Positions 37,250 to 50,929 of a DNA stretch of 64,000 nt are shown here, in pieces. The translations under genes were made by a program, and so were the position numbers. The first letter of the stretch is position 1; every line of letters begins with the position of its first letter. The stretch is taken from contig NC_079167.1 of NCBI RefSeq assembly GCF_947568905.1, positions 67,146,001 through 67,210,000 on the forward strand. Direction: 5' to 3'. The notes below the pieces were generated by a model that made no database searches, had not been told where the DNA came from, and saw only the letters and a program-made list of their open reading frames with translations. This DNA is from Ostrea edulis (Eukaryota).

Positions 37250-37293
37250 CAGTGGCGGATCTAGAGGGGGTTATGGGGTCTGGATCCGCCATG
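37250..37293. mobile_element. 44-bp mini inverted-repeat element
   Basis: CAGTGGCGGATCTA-G-rich loop-TGGATCCGCCATG; GC-rich island in AT-rich DNA. Confidence 0.5.
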
Positions 37294-40200
37294 AGTATCC
37301 TAACAAAGCATATCCTGTCATTATCATCTGTTATCATTTGAAATTCAACAAAATAGAAAACAAAATTGTCAAGTGGAAAATCGTTTAAGATGTTCAAGGA
37401 TATAAAATCATTAGAATATTCTGGACATTTTCCCGTTTATACAAGGCAAAATAATAAAGAAACAATACCCTTCTCGTTTTGAAAATTTAAAAGAAGGAAG
37501 TCAGTTTCATTCTTAAAGAAAAGTATGCTTAACGCGATATGTTTAATCAAAATGCATTATATGGTACAAGATATTCAGTCTTTGACTTTGAAAATTTTTA
37601 ACCTACGTCCATATACATATATGTGTTCTTTGACAATAATAAAGTATTTCTATTTTTAAATATTTTTATATATCTTTATTACTTTTGTACATACATCAAA
37701 ATCTTTAGGGGCTCTAAAGAGAGAGGTGGGCTTTCGGCTATTGTAGAATGGCACACTTCGTCAAGTATTGAGGAACTAATGCAAAAATATCATAGCGAGG
37801 CAGTTACAAAAAGCAAGGCAACGAATGTATCAATACTCTGTATCTTATCTACGTATATTTAGGTACAATATCAGATGGCAGTGTCGTATTTTCCCCCCTT
37901 ATTTTGAAAGAATTAGATTCATCATCATGCCTTTTATAAAAGTTAAGTGAAGTCCACATTATCAAAAAATAAGGAAATGTTTCTAACAAACGACATGCCC
38001 ACAAAACAAACTAATAATGTACATGCATTTCAAGCAAAATTTCCAATTGCGTGCTTGACGCAGGTACTCCATGCAAGTGAAATAATTAATTTTGAGTTTT
38101 ATTCCCAAAATATTTTTTTTATTTGCTTGTCCTTTTCCCCCTATGAATTGCTCGGTATATTACAACAACTGTGTTTAGTAGATTCCATCCCATATCACTA
38201 TCAAGATTTATATACACAATGCATGAAACCTAATTCATTACTTCAGTAAACAATGTTATTTCACGCCCAGTAAAACGTTAAACAGACTCACACTTTAGTG
38301 ATCAAGATACATGTAGTTGGTTGAATAAGTGTATTGGCTATGCTATATCAAGTTCACGTATATATACAAAGGTACCATACAGTTTTTCACACTCTAATCA
38401 GATAACAAGACATCGAATGCAGACTGAAGTCAGAGATACTGGTAACACAAGAATTGAGAATAGTACAAATGTATACATGTATCGTTATTTTGGTGATTTT
38501 TACCCAAAACCGTAGCAATGATCTGTAAAATAAAAATCCCAGAGAGATAACAGATAATACAGATAAATAGGAAATCAAAACGTTTAATGACGACCTGTTA
38601 TTTTCGTGTTGGAGTCGTTCTGTGCTTCGATGTGACAGCAAGTGGGACAGTCAAATTCCTTTTAAAGATAAACACAAAGTTACAGTCATATAGACTTGGC
38701 AGGCATTTGCACGATAAAGAACCCTCACTGTTACAGCCCTGGGCGCCATGCATGGTTCTCAATTTGTGACATTTCATCTACAGCTATAGATATGTAGGTC
38801 TCTGGGAAAATATCGGGTTAGACCTCTGTCCTAATATTTACCCCGAGAGCCACGGATCTGCAGCCACTGCATCTACACGAGTTAAAACAAACACATGTAA
38901 TATACTCCGTTTTTATTGCATCTTTTGGATTTTCCGCAAGTACACAAACAAGCATATGCCCTTGTCTTCATTAATGCTATAACAAATCGTAAGTTAATAG
39001 TAAGAATAGATTTCCATAAAGAGTGAACATTTCTGTAAAAATACATAGTCCAGTCAAAATAGCCCAAAAAATGCCGAACCGTGACAAAATTGCAACAGAA
39101 TTTTTGTTATTATAAATCAAATCTACATGTATCGAAGTAACATATATAAAAAAATCTAATGATTTCTGACTTGGGGAAATATTATAAATTATCATACAAA
39201 GTTTTCGTATTTCAAAAGAAAAACCACTGAAACCAAATTTGGATTAATTAGGTTATGGTACATATTTCATGATTCATTATAACATACATGTTTTATCGTT
39301 GATGTACTTTAAGAGAAATATTTTACTGTTAGAATATTTCGTTTTTAACTATGAATTAAATAGACTTTTGTGAATTTCGTGATTAATCCGAATTTTCTCT
39401 GTCAATATACAATAACGGACAAATTTTGTGCTGAATAGTTTAACAATTGAAATTACCCAATATCTTGTTCTAAACACACATATTTTCTTCAAATATATTT
39501 TATTATAACATCAAATAAATAGCAATTGCAAAAACATTTAGACATTGTGTAAATGTATCAGTAATCTGAATTTCCTCTGCAAAATGAAAGTATTCAAAAT
39601 ACGCTTTTTAAAATTTCATCAACTATGATGTCTTCTATTACGTCAAATCTTAATTAACACTGTTGTCAAAGTATGAAAATGCATCTGAAATCCTGTGTGA
39701 AACACAGGGCCAGGTTTAAGAGAAGTAAAAAGTTGCAAGGAATACAATAAAAATATGTTCAAACCAAGAATATTACCAAACTGATGATACTTTGCATAAT
39801 ATTCCAGAAACTTGCAGTATACACCTTCAATGGTTTTAGTACCACAAGATTAACCTCGTTTTAGACGAGGAAACAAGTTAACCTTCTGCAGAAGAGGGAA
39901 AAAAACCCATAGCTGAACAATACATGTAGCCAATGTTACGTTCAAAATACTAGCAGCTACGTAATGCTAGATATATGCACATGCGTGTAATGCTACTAAT
40001 TTAGTTGAACAGACGTCTAGGCTGGCTCAAAGTAGGGATAGCACTAAGCGTTCATTCATACGATACGTTCAATAGGCCTAGAAAGAAATCCAGCTTAGAT
40101 ACGATCTTGAATGCCATCTTGTTATAAGTATAAATATTACTATTAACATTCACTCCATTTTTCCTTTAACATTTTTCCTGAAACACGAGGCTTTTGAAGT

Positions 40201-40331
40201 AGGTCAATCACTGAGTATGATTGGACTTACGGTCTACACGAAGGCTAATACCGCGTATTAAAAGCATTTAAAATTATTAAAGTGTACAACGTGAATATAA
40301 GAAATATATTTCAGTTTTTGAAAGTATATTT

Positions 40332-40528
40332 ATACACAGGCACTCGACGTTTTAAATATCTATAATATCTATGTATGGCTAACAACACATTATTATATAA
40401 TGTGCTTTAGTGCCAATAAAGAATTGAATTGAATTGAATTGAAATAATAAAAAATTGTGAATATTATGTTTACAGAAAGACAATTTTTTTAATTATAGAT
40501 ATTTTTAAAACGTCGAGTGCCTGTGTAT
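40332..40528. repeat. 35-bp inverted repeat enclosing a LINE-like 3' tail
   Basis: 40332-40366 vs 40492-40528 (identical apart from 2 extra T); spacer holds AATAAA(GAATT)4. Confidence 0.8.
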
Positions 40529-41595
40529 TTATAAGAAGCAGATACCCCAAGTCTTTTAACACTAAACGCGCCGTGGGGAGTCTTGAGGTGGGGGGTGGGG
40601 GGGGGTGTGTGCCCGTGAATGCAAACCGCTAATTCAACTCATTCTATATAAGTGGTCACGTATAATCACGTTTCAAGGCTTGCAATTTTATACATAGAGC
40701 GTTGAAAAAATTAATGCGCAACTTCATGAAAAGATTTCCTTGACAGTCAATTTTTCCAGTTACATGGCTTTAGCGAGACTGCTATTTAAACTGTTCTCGG
40801 AGAACAAATGATTTTTTATTGAATTATTTTACTGTTTTGAGATGTACAAATCAATTTTCAAATTATTTAAGTATAAATAGAAATTAAAACGTTTGAAAGG
40901 CCAATGTGGATATTATTTTGTTTTTAATTACTTAATTTTCCTCCATATGGGCTTCCATAACAATGAAACCGCAAGCGTCAAATTTCAATAAAGGTCAGTC
41001 TTAAATCGAAAGTAATTCTAAAATCAATCTGTCCGGTCATTCTGTCAGTTCACATCTTACAATGTTTTATGTCTGCTCGTATTACAATATAACGTGAAAT
41101 TGTTTAGATTTCTAAAGGAATCTAAATCTTAAATGGGTCTAGCAGACGACGAGAAATATTATTTGTCATACGCAACACGTTTATTTCTATGTACATGTAA
41201 GGATTCTTCAACAAACCTAATACATGTTAATATTATGGTGTGTACTAATATCCCCTCGCCATATACCATGAAAAGTGCGTGGAGCATGCAAAAATTGCGG
41301 TTTGTTGTGAAATGTTGGGGCGGTAGCCAAGTTTACGTTGTCTATGGAAGCCTGAAATTGCAACGGTAAATATGTTCGGCATGCGATAAATTAAATCACG
41401 ATGTTTTCTACTTTCCCCACTGTAGATTTCTTTAGATTTTTGATATGTTGTATCTATCATCATGTATATTGATATGTGATAGAAATAAGTTCTGTTGCAA
41501 TTTTGTCCCGGTTATATTTATTTTGACTGGACTATACAACGCATTGCGGTATTACGAGATGTCCATAGAGTGCCAAATTAACATGAACTCAAATA

Positions 41596-42100
41596 ATTGA
41601 AGATATCTTTAATTTATTCGAAGATATCATCAATTCATTTAATGCGCGCAACAATTCAATTCAAGATCTCTTAAAACAATTATTAATTATATCTTCAATT
41701 CTGAATAATTACGCACTGTAATTGAATTGTTGCTCTTTTCAATGACATTGATGATGCGCGCTGTAGTGCAATTGAAGAGAATATTAATTCAATTAATGTG
41801 AGCATCAATTCAATTAATGTGCGCAATAATTGAAGTATTGTTTTCTTCAATTGAATTGTATCGCGTATCAATTCATTTAATCAGCGCAATAATCAAATTA
41901 TTGTTTTCTTCAACTGAATTAACGATATAATTCAGATATTTTAGAGAGAGCACCTATATAATTAGAGAAATCTTTGATTCAACATATTCACAATTAAATG
42001 AATGATCTCATTTATTTGATTGTTGCCTCCATTAAAAGAATTGATGCGTGCATTAGTTCCTTATACAAAAGCGTTGTAAATAATTAAAGATATCTTCAAT
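41596..42100. mobile_element. MITE/foldback-type element with perfect 19-bp inverted repeats; partial second copy at ~43760-43965
   Basis: ATTGAAGATATCTTTAATT (41596-41614) and its exact reverse complement at 42082-42100; interior built of degenerate AATTCAATTAATGYGCGCAAT repeats. Confidence 0.6.
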
Positions 42101-42415
42101 AGAATTCAAGAAATCATTAAATACATGTAATTGAAACCGAGATCATTTAATTTTACATGTTGCATGCTTTTTCATTGGTTGAAAAATTATAGGAATATCG
42201 TATTCAACGAGAGAAAAAAATAAATTGCCGGAACTACTTTCTATTGGAGTGTTGGGGATTCCTCTGGATGCTTCGTATTTATATATAGATTAGGGAATCC
42301 TGAAAAGAAAAACTTGACAATTCTATCGATCTATATAAATTATTAAACAAAAACAAACAAATATCATATATAAATAATAATTATGCAAAATGAAATAAAC
42401 ATGGCTATTTGAGGA

Positions 42416-42428
42416 CAACAACAACAAC

Positions 42429-42461
<33 letters not shown>
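42416..42461. repeat. (CAA)n + poly(C)31
   Basis: Direct reading. Confidence 0.95.
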
Positions 42462-42464
<3 letters not shown>

Positions 42465-42479
42465 ATAACACGTCTGCTT

Positions 42480-42720
42480 CTGCAATTCCAGTCTGAGAGT
42501 TAAATGTATTCAACCGGGGATGACAATAGTCCAGTTTGCACCTTGCGACAACATCCTTCATGTTACGAACCCAAATATCAGATGCAACGCACACTGCAAT
42601 ATCGTAGCCCTTAACGACTATGGTTTCGAACTCCGGCATATGTTTATGAGTGGGCACCGAAACGAGGCTTCCGTACGACGTTACAACAGCTGTCACAGCA
42701 GAAATTAACTGATAAAACCT
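42480..42720 (+). mobile_element. Decayed tyrosine-recombinase fragment, probable Crypton-type element (element may span ~42130-43190)
   Basis: ORF 42520..42708 contains TNPNIRC...ALNDYGFELRHMFMSGHRNEASVRRY, matching the TNHSxR...G.....M..SGH.....V..Y C-terminal catalytic region of tyrosine recombinases; the His is degenerate. Confidence 0.6.
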
Positions 42721-45519
42721 TCTCTTCTTTTTTTTTAACTCTGTAACACTCACTTGTCCACCTGAAAGCCGTGACAACCCTCAAGAGAACACTACCTGGC
42801 ATCCCACATCATGATTATGCACGTGTCCCACGCTTTCCATTAGTACCTACATCGAACTTTGCACTTAATTCCAGTTCCACTCAACAAAATTCCAGCAATT
42901 TTCTCTCAACAGGACTTATCTCTAACTCATCCTTTCAAAACTACATTCTTCAGTCCACAAGAAACCCGTTTGCTCAACAGAAAAACAACAGTTCGTGGAA
43001 GTCGCCATTAGGCATAACCATCGTCGGATACCAACGGCTGATCTCGTCTTTTACTCATCAGTAAACGACGATGCAACACAACATAAGCAACACAAATCAA
43101 TCATTGCATAAAATAAATACATAATCATGTCTTCTAACAATACAAATGTAAAAAGTTTAATACTAGTACACTGGAAATAAATAATAACCTTTTTATTTTG
43201 CACTTAATTTACGGAAAAATTCATGATATAGAATTTGAGAGTTTAAAAGAACATAGTAGGAGTAATGCAAATTGCACATAAATTACAAAGTCTTTGTAAC
43301 AATTTTTTTAATTATTGACCAAAATACTGTAGTTTTATACAAAATTTCGTGTAAATTAATTTAGACTTCTTTTTTTTTTAAAAGAAGCGTTGTTCTGTTT
43401 GGAAAAATATATAAACCAGATTAATGAATTACAATATTTGAATTAGTTCCAAGTCTTCAACTGCTTGTATACTAAATCATAAAACTGAAATACAAGTATA
43501 GGGGTATGAAAAATAACGATATATTGGATAAAACAGAGATTGTAAAATTGTGTAGATTTAGAATTGTTTTATTAAACCATTCTTCCGCCACAAAAAATAG
43601 TCCCTGTCAATCCCTTTCAAAATGTGAATTGATACAAAAACGTTCAACTGAATAGGGTTAAGTAATAGATGTATGATGTGTTTGGACCAATGGGATCAGT
43701 ATTGAACCAGTTCATACAAAGTTATAGCATCCTGCGCAATTGTGCTCGAAAGCTGAGGAGCAAACATCCTTAAATGATGCGCGCATTAATTCAATTATTC
43801 CGCACAATAAATTCAATTGATGCACGCAATAATTGAATTGATGAGTGCATCAAAATTGATGTGAGCAATAATTAATTTGTAACGCACATCAATGCAATTA
43901 ATGCGTGCAATAATTGAACTGATGATATCTTCATTTGATTAAAAGATATCTTCACTTATTTGAGCACTCCATAGATATTGGCATGTCATGGAGTTGGATA
44001 TAATTCATAAATACAAAACACTGAAGAAAAAAATCAGATACATGTAAATCGGGGCAACGTAATTTGATATTGTATAGCATGTAGTTGGTCAATATCAACT
44101 TGTTGACGTCACATTCCTTTACTATATCTTGACCAAGAGTAACGAAATGCACAAGTTGTTTGTACAATATGCCAATAAAAATAAATTACAGTGGAAAACA
44201 TTGTAAAACAGTTGACAAAGTTATAAGGCATCACTTGTTTTATGGAACAATTAGAGCAATTAAACTTTCGCTTTCTTGGTCAACTTTGATATACCTTTGT
44301 CAATCATACTTTACCTTCTGTTGACGGTCATTGACAAACACTTCTTTAGATTGATAGCATTTAGAAAATTACGATGATAACAAGATAACAACAAAACTAC
44401 AAAGAAAACGATGTCCATTAAAAAAAAAAAAAAGAAAGTGGAAAAAGTTACCGTTATCAGAGGGGTCAAATTATAACCTGCTGTCAGAGCATGCGTTAGT
44501 CACCTGTTCCTCCGGCTAGAGAAAATTAGAAAAAAAGATTTTCAATTAATATATTACAAATGTGGTATGGTAATCCTAATCTCTAATTTCCTACCTACTC
44601 TCATATTGCCTTGATACTAATATTAGTAAAGACTTTCTGATTTTCAATTTTGATATGGTTTAAATGATTACGAAATCAACACTTAATATCACACGGAGAA
44701 ATTAACTGATTGGGGCGGTAATTTCCCATAGGATTTAACAGAGTTCAATGACAATGATGAAAATTCTTTTTTAACATGTCTGCAAAATCTTGAATCGATA
44801 TAAGTGTCACATGCATCAACACCTTTGAAATAAATGGGAGAAGTGTTATGCCTTAATATGCTATCCCCTTTGATAATCTTAGAGACGGTGGGCTTTTTAA
44901 AATATTGTACCGTATTTTTTGGGGGGATAATGATAATGATGATGATGAGTCCGTCACTTTGCTGAATATCAAGGAAGAGTGCTCGGATGTAAAATCTACA
45001 GTCTACGTAGACGGAGAGAACCAATTATTGTAATAGTATTCACTCATTTGTAGAAGATACTTTGCACATCCAGATGGTCTCTCTATCATCTATGAATTTT
45101 GAATGACTATAGCAGAATGAAGATTATGAAAAGCATACACGTTTCTCCCTTACTTTGATGTGAAGTGTTAAAATCAAATGGTGATTTTCTTTTTCTCATT
45201 CCCGCAGTCACATGGATGGTGTTCAAAGTCGTGACAAATATACAAAAACTCCGAGTTCATACTATATCAATTTTCATTTAAAATAGTTAAAACAATAATC
45301 AATTTCTTCATAAAGGTCACGTAGACTTATCACATAAAAATATGAAAAGTATATAAAGAAAATGTTAAATGTGATGTAGAAATACAAAATGCAATCCCCC
45401 TTTGTCCATTATGACAATAAATTTTTGAGATTCTTAAGGTCTATAATTTTTATTGACCTAATGTACTGATGCACCATATACTGTGTCAAATCGCCAATGT
45501 AAACAATAGCCCAATACAT

Positions 45520-45623
45520 CTATGCTCAAATGTCTTCAATTCATACAGTTGTCTATTAATGAAATGTACTTCTATGCTCAAATGTCTTCAATTCATACAG
45601 TTGTCTATTAATGAAATGTACTT
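45520..45623. repeat. Perfect 52-bp tandem duplication
   Basis: 45520-45571 is identical to 45572-45623. Confidence 0.95.
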
Positions 45624-47341
45624 TTTCGCCATTGCAGACGATATGAATTGGTGGCCTCATTAGTGAAAAAGAAATTGTTATGCAAATGTTTATTGGATGA
45701 AAGTTGTTGTAGTCATACAAGACGTATAAAAGAAATGGTGTGTATCTTTCATCTTCAAATCATTAGCATTTCAAGACGATTTCAGAATCGGAGTTTATTG
45801 ACAACGTCTTTAGTCAAGAATCCCACCAAACTGAACATAATGCAAATACTTTTATGAATCAGCATAATTTTCTCTAAAATTTTCACTTTTTGCCATAGTG
45901 ATTTGGAAATGTTTAAGATCCCACTATTAACATCAAAGAAAGGGGAATTACACCATATACAAAAATTATAGTCGGTAAGATGAAAGCGCTTTAAATCTTG
46001 TAATTATTTCTTTTGCCATACCTTCTTCCCCTATCGTCATTCATCATATTCATCATCTTCTACTGAGGTAAATCAGAACTTTCAATCTTTGTAAATATAC
46101 CTTTAATAAAAAGAAAACAGGTGAGAGAAAAAAAATTTCAGCAATTTACAGGCGACGAAATTACATGTCGTAAAAGATCCTTCAGATGCGATAAAATTTC
46201 ACTCCCAAATTTATGTGCTAATTAACTAATATTTTCCCCGAGACAGAATTTACCCAAAAAAGTGGGTGTCATTTTTTTATGCAATAAAATGTTACATGAA
46301 TTTGAATCATGAAAATTTGCGACCTTCTAGAAAACTTTGAATGGTACAGTGATATAGATTATAAACTAGTACGAGGGATAGTATATTGACATTTTTCTAA
46401 TAGAATAGTAATGATCCTATTTTTTCTTACTTGCTTTTCACATTAAAACAATCATAATTTGCATGGCTGGTTATGAGCTTACCATAAACTCGCACTAGTG
46501 TCCAATTACAAGAATTTGCAATTAGGACATGGGGTTTGAAAATGTGAAATAAGTCGATAATATTGTCATAACTACAATAGATCTTCGGTGGGTTATTTTT
46601 TTTTATCCTGACGCTTCATGAGAACACAAATGTGATCTTTATCTATAAATCGACGGTCCAGTGCACAATCTAGTCATCTACAGGATAAACATGTATGTAT
46701 CAACGTGTTCTAAGCAATCAGTTTCAGCATCTTGCAATAAGATTTCCTTTCCTTTATTCATTCAATCTTTTTTTAAAATGTTTTCCTTTTAACAGGACTA
46801 GCTCAACATTTGGTGTCGAAACTTTATGTAAAATGGCTATTATATATCCATATCATAATTTTACATATATATTTTATTTTTTTTAAAAATCACTGGCTAA
46901 AGCTCTACTTTCCTCAGATTTGCCTATACCTACATGTATATTTTAGAATTGACTTTAAAATTATTATTTGAAAATTACATGCATGTTCAGGAAACTTTTT
47001 ATAACTATCCATGTAATTATTTTTCTTAATTTTTCTATTCTAAAAAATAGACTCTACAAGATGTACTATGTACTAAAATTTTATCAATAGTATTTACCAG
47101 TACCACTGTCGTGTAGACTGGGAGATTTTGTATGATAAATCTTAGATGTAAACACCCGGTATATTGTGACATCAATAATTCTATTGTAATAGTAATCATC
47201 AGTTTCCTCAACGATTAAAATATAGAGAGGAATTTTCATCTGTCTTTGTGAATATTGAATGCCAGGAAAAACAAACAGCGAGGAAAATATTAGTCGGGAA
47301 CTCGCTCTCCATTGTGTTTCTGTGATTTCTTAGATACTAAG

Positions 47342-47344
<3 letters not shown>

Positions 47345-47405
<61 letters not shown>
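47345..47405. repeat. (AG)n microsatellite
   Basis: Direct reading. Confidence 0.95.
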
Positions 47406-47408
<3 letters not shown>

Positions 47409-50207
47409 GGACAGAAAGAGAGACTGCTAATACAAATTATGATAAAATAAATTGCATAGCTACAGGCAAAATATGTTTCTGTTGATTAAGACATGATTTG
47501 TGTCGATGTTTATCCCTTAATGGAAGCTGATGCAACAGCGAATGCTTCGTTATCTCGGAATAAGATCGAAGTGATGTGGACTGGGTCTTTTATTCTTTAA
47601 TATCACCCGATGTCAGCGCTAATGGAGCATTTGAATCACTTTGCTAGTCATCCTTTTAAACACTTGCTTTTTACGTGTGTTTTCTGCCCGTTTGTGTGAG
47701 ACGATTTGGAATATAAAAAAAATAGTGCAACAGTGTCATGTCACGGGAGGAAAAAAAAATACAGAAAAGGATATTAATTCATTGGAGATTTTAAATAATT
47801 AAGTCTCCTTGTAAAACAACCAGCGTGTGGTGTATGTTGTACTTTTGAAATAGTTGTGTTTCCGTCGTTGTAGAGAAACCTTAACTGAAAATATATAACA
47901 GAAAGTTAAATATTTCATATAAACACAAATTGCGATGAGAATTGTAAGCCTTCAACAATCAAAGACTTTTACTTACATATCACTTTTTACACTTTATAAA
48001 TAATTAAAGGACGCGACACACGCAAAACAAACCGCTAAATAATGTACATCAGCTGCGATATCCAGCGAAGATAATGTTTGTAAAAATTCAAACACATTCC
48101 AATAAATGGAAATAAAAAAAACGCCAACGCCACGGCATACAATGAAAACGTTAGAAATGTGAAAAATATTTGGGTGAAAAACTTTCTGACATTACAATAA
48201 ATCAGACATTTTATATTGTTGCAGCGCGAACAAATTATTAATATTTTGAATGACTAAGCACCTGGGTATAACAGATAGGCTGGTTCACTCAATAAACTGG
48301 TAGATCTTTATCTCTAAAGCATTTCTCTACAATTATTGTACTTTGATATGGAAAATTATACAAATGATAAATGAAAAGATAGAGCTGGATATGAAAGTAG
48401 CGTTTTGGATAATTAGCTTTGAATATGAATGTGGTTGTAGAAAACATATACATGAATTATGCATACTAATGGTGGTTTATTAAATTCATAGGACTATTGT
48501 GACCAAACACAGTTCATATGATATTGTATATTGCATTGCATTCCAGTCGAAATGTTAAATATTGTAAAGTAATGACAGTGAATTTTGTTTAACTTGCGTA
48601 AGTAAGCACTTTCCTATCAATAAGAACAATTAATAATAAATAATATTAGTGATGGTGATGTGTGAAGATAAATTATAGATATGGGGCTTCAAATTATATA
48701 TAATGGCAGTATAATTACCAATTAAGCAGCTGCAAGAGTTGTTTAACATTTCGAGGTAAGAATGGAAGAAAATATTAGTGGATGATAAATCGTCATAATC
48801 TAACGAGGACTTTCTTCCATATTCGATTCTTTGTTAACAATATCAAAATTGTGTAAAAAGAAGTTAATAAAAGGAAGCAAGATATTTACACAGAGCGGGT
48901 ACACACGTTTCCTGATACTGTCAGAAAGTGCTGGGTTTGGTCTGCCTGTGTGTTGTTGGTAGGTATTGTGTATTGATACTAGTAAATGCATAGCTGACTC
49001 TTACAAGTTAAATTTATTCTGCACCTTGCTAATCATTTGAAAAATGATACGACACTGTTGCACATTTTTTAAAGTTCTTAACCGTTTCTAAAACTGATGT
49101 GGAGATTTCATATTTATCTACTGTCTAATCTTAGTTCAAAATTTGTAAAATAACAGTTTGTTTGAATTGATTCTAAATCTTTTACGTATAGACGATACTT
49201 TCACTTCATGCTTTGTCATCCTTTAAGTCAAAGATGCAAGTAAAATGTTGAATATTCTACATATCTAATCATCTATCTATATATCATTAGCAGCGTACGA
49301 ACTTTAATCTACAAAAACAAATTAACTGTAAATAGATTATTGATGAAGACATCGACTCACAAATTAAGACATTTATGCTCTTCACGTTTTCCCATTTGTG
49401 TGCACATATCGTTCAAACGGAAAATTTGTTTCTGGATCAAATTTCACTTAATATATACCTTCGGTGTACCAGGCCGTAAATCAACCACAGACCAATTCTT
49501 ACCTTGCAGAACCGTAGCTTTTCAAGATAATCTGTGACGATTCTATCACAATTAGGAGCGATGACATCAATTAAGCAGTAGAGTTCGGTGAAATCTAATC
49601 TTTGTCAAAAGTTTATCGAGTGCCTTTCCCATCAAGTTTCTTTTTTCATGGAGTCTTCTTTAAATTATATAGAACTCGTTGTTGAATTTTTTTTCCCCTT
49701 TGTGTCTTAATTTTCGAAAAAAAATTCCGAATTACGTTGAATTCGCAGTTGATTTTTCCCTGTGACTTAATTTTCTTAATCTTCCCCAAGTCGTTGCTGA
49801 ATTTTAATCGAGCTTCAATTCATGTAAGTAACAATAAAATGTTTTTATTATTGGTGGATTCTTTACTGATAGGTGCTATGACGCAAGCAGCAACTCAAAC
49901 TACTAGTATACACAAAGTCGAAATCCTCTAGTTCTTTTGGTCTACAATAAAATTAGTACATTTTTTTTTCAAGAGTTACACGTGTATACTCATCTAAATT
50001 TTGTATATTAATTAGGAAACACCGATATACATGTCTCTGGCCACTGTCATCGTCAGTCAGTATATCAGTGCCATACACTAGTAGTCTGCAGAGTAAGTTT
50101 TGATATTATCACGGCAGTGAAATTGAGAAGATAGAATGCAAACAATTTATGATCCTAGTTATTGCATAATTTTGAAGATACACGCACATAAGCAGTACGA
50201 CACTATT

Positions 50208-50496
50208 TGTGATAATCATAAATGTGATAATCATAAATGTGATAAAAAAAAATGTGATAATCATAAATGTGATAATCATAAATGTGATTAAAAAAAATGT
50301 GATAATCATAAATGTGATAATCATAAATGTGATTTTAAAAAATGTGATAATCATAAATGTGATTAAAAAAAAAAGTGATAATCATAAATGTGATAGTCAA
50401 AAATGTGATAATCATAAAATGTGATAATCATAAATGTGATAATCATAAATGTGATAATCATAAAATGTGATAATCGTAAATGTGATAATCATAAAA
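50208..50496. repeat. Minisatellite, ~19 x 15 bp (TGTGATAATCATAAA)
   Basis: Direct reading; A-rich variant units recur roughly every third unit. Confidence 0.95.
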
Positions 50497-50728
50497 TACT
50501 TTTGAAGAAAAAAAACCAACGCAGTTTTCCTAGTTTTGATTTTCGAACGCTTTTTTTTTTCTTTCAAGATGAATGTATGCTTTTTTTTCATATGAACGCG
50601 TTCCTTGTCAATCAACAAGTTATACATTATGTACATCAAGCTGATCAGGGCAACAACCAGCTATCGGCCAGGAAGGGAGGGCAGCGGATGAGAATGGGAT
50701 GAGTCACAGAAATGGTTTTGTCACTATC

Positions 50729-50929
50729 AACAGTGACAAACAACAAGTGATAACTCACAACAGTGACAACCGACAGCAGTGACAACCGGCAACAGTGACA
50801 ACAGCGACAACCGACAAGTGACAGCCCACAACAGTGATAACTCACAACAGTGATAATCCACAACAGCGACAACCGACAACTCACAACAGTGATAACTCAC
50901 AACAGTGACCACCGGCAACAGTGATAATC
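50729..50929. repeat. Degenerate minisatellite, ~13 x 15-16 bp (ACAGTGAYAACYSACA)
   Basis: Direct reading. Confidence 0.9.

Noticed and set aside
42364-42777. 137-aa minus-strand ORF with poly-Gly/Cys
   Set aside because: Antisense to the recombinase remnant; the Gly/Cys run is the poly(C)/(CAA)n microsatellite.
44689-45024. 111-aa minus-strand ORF
   Set aside because: No recognisable domain or linked exons; contains a simple repeat.
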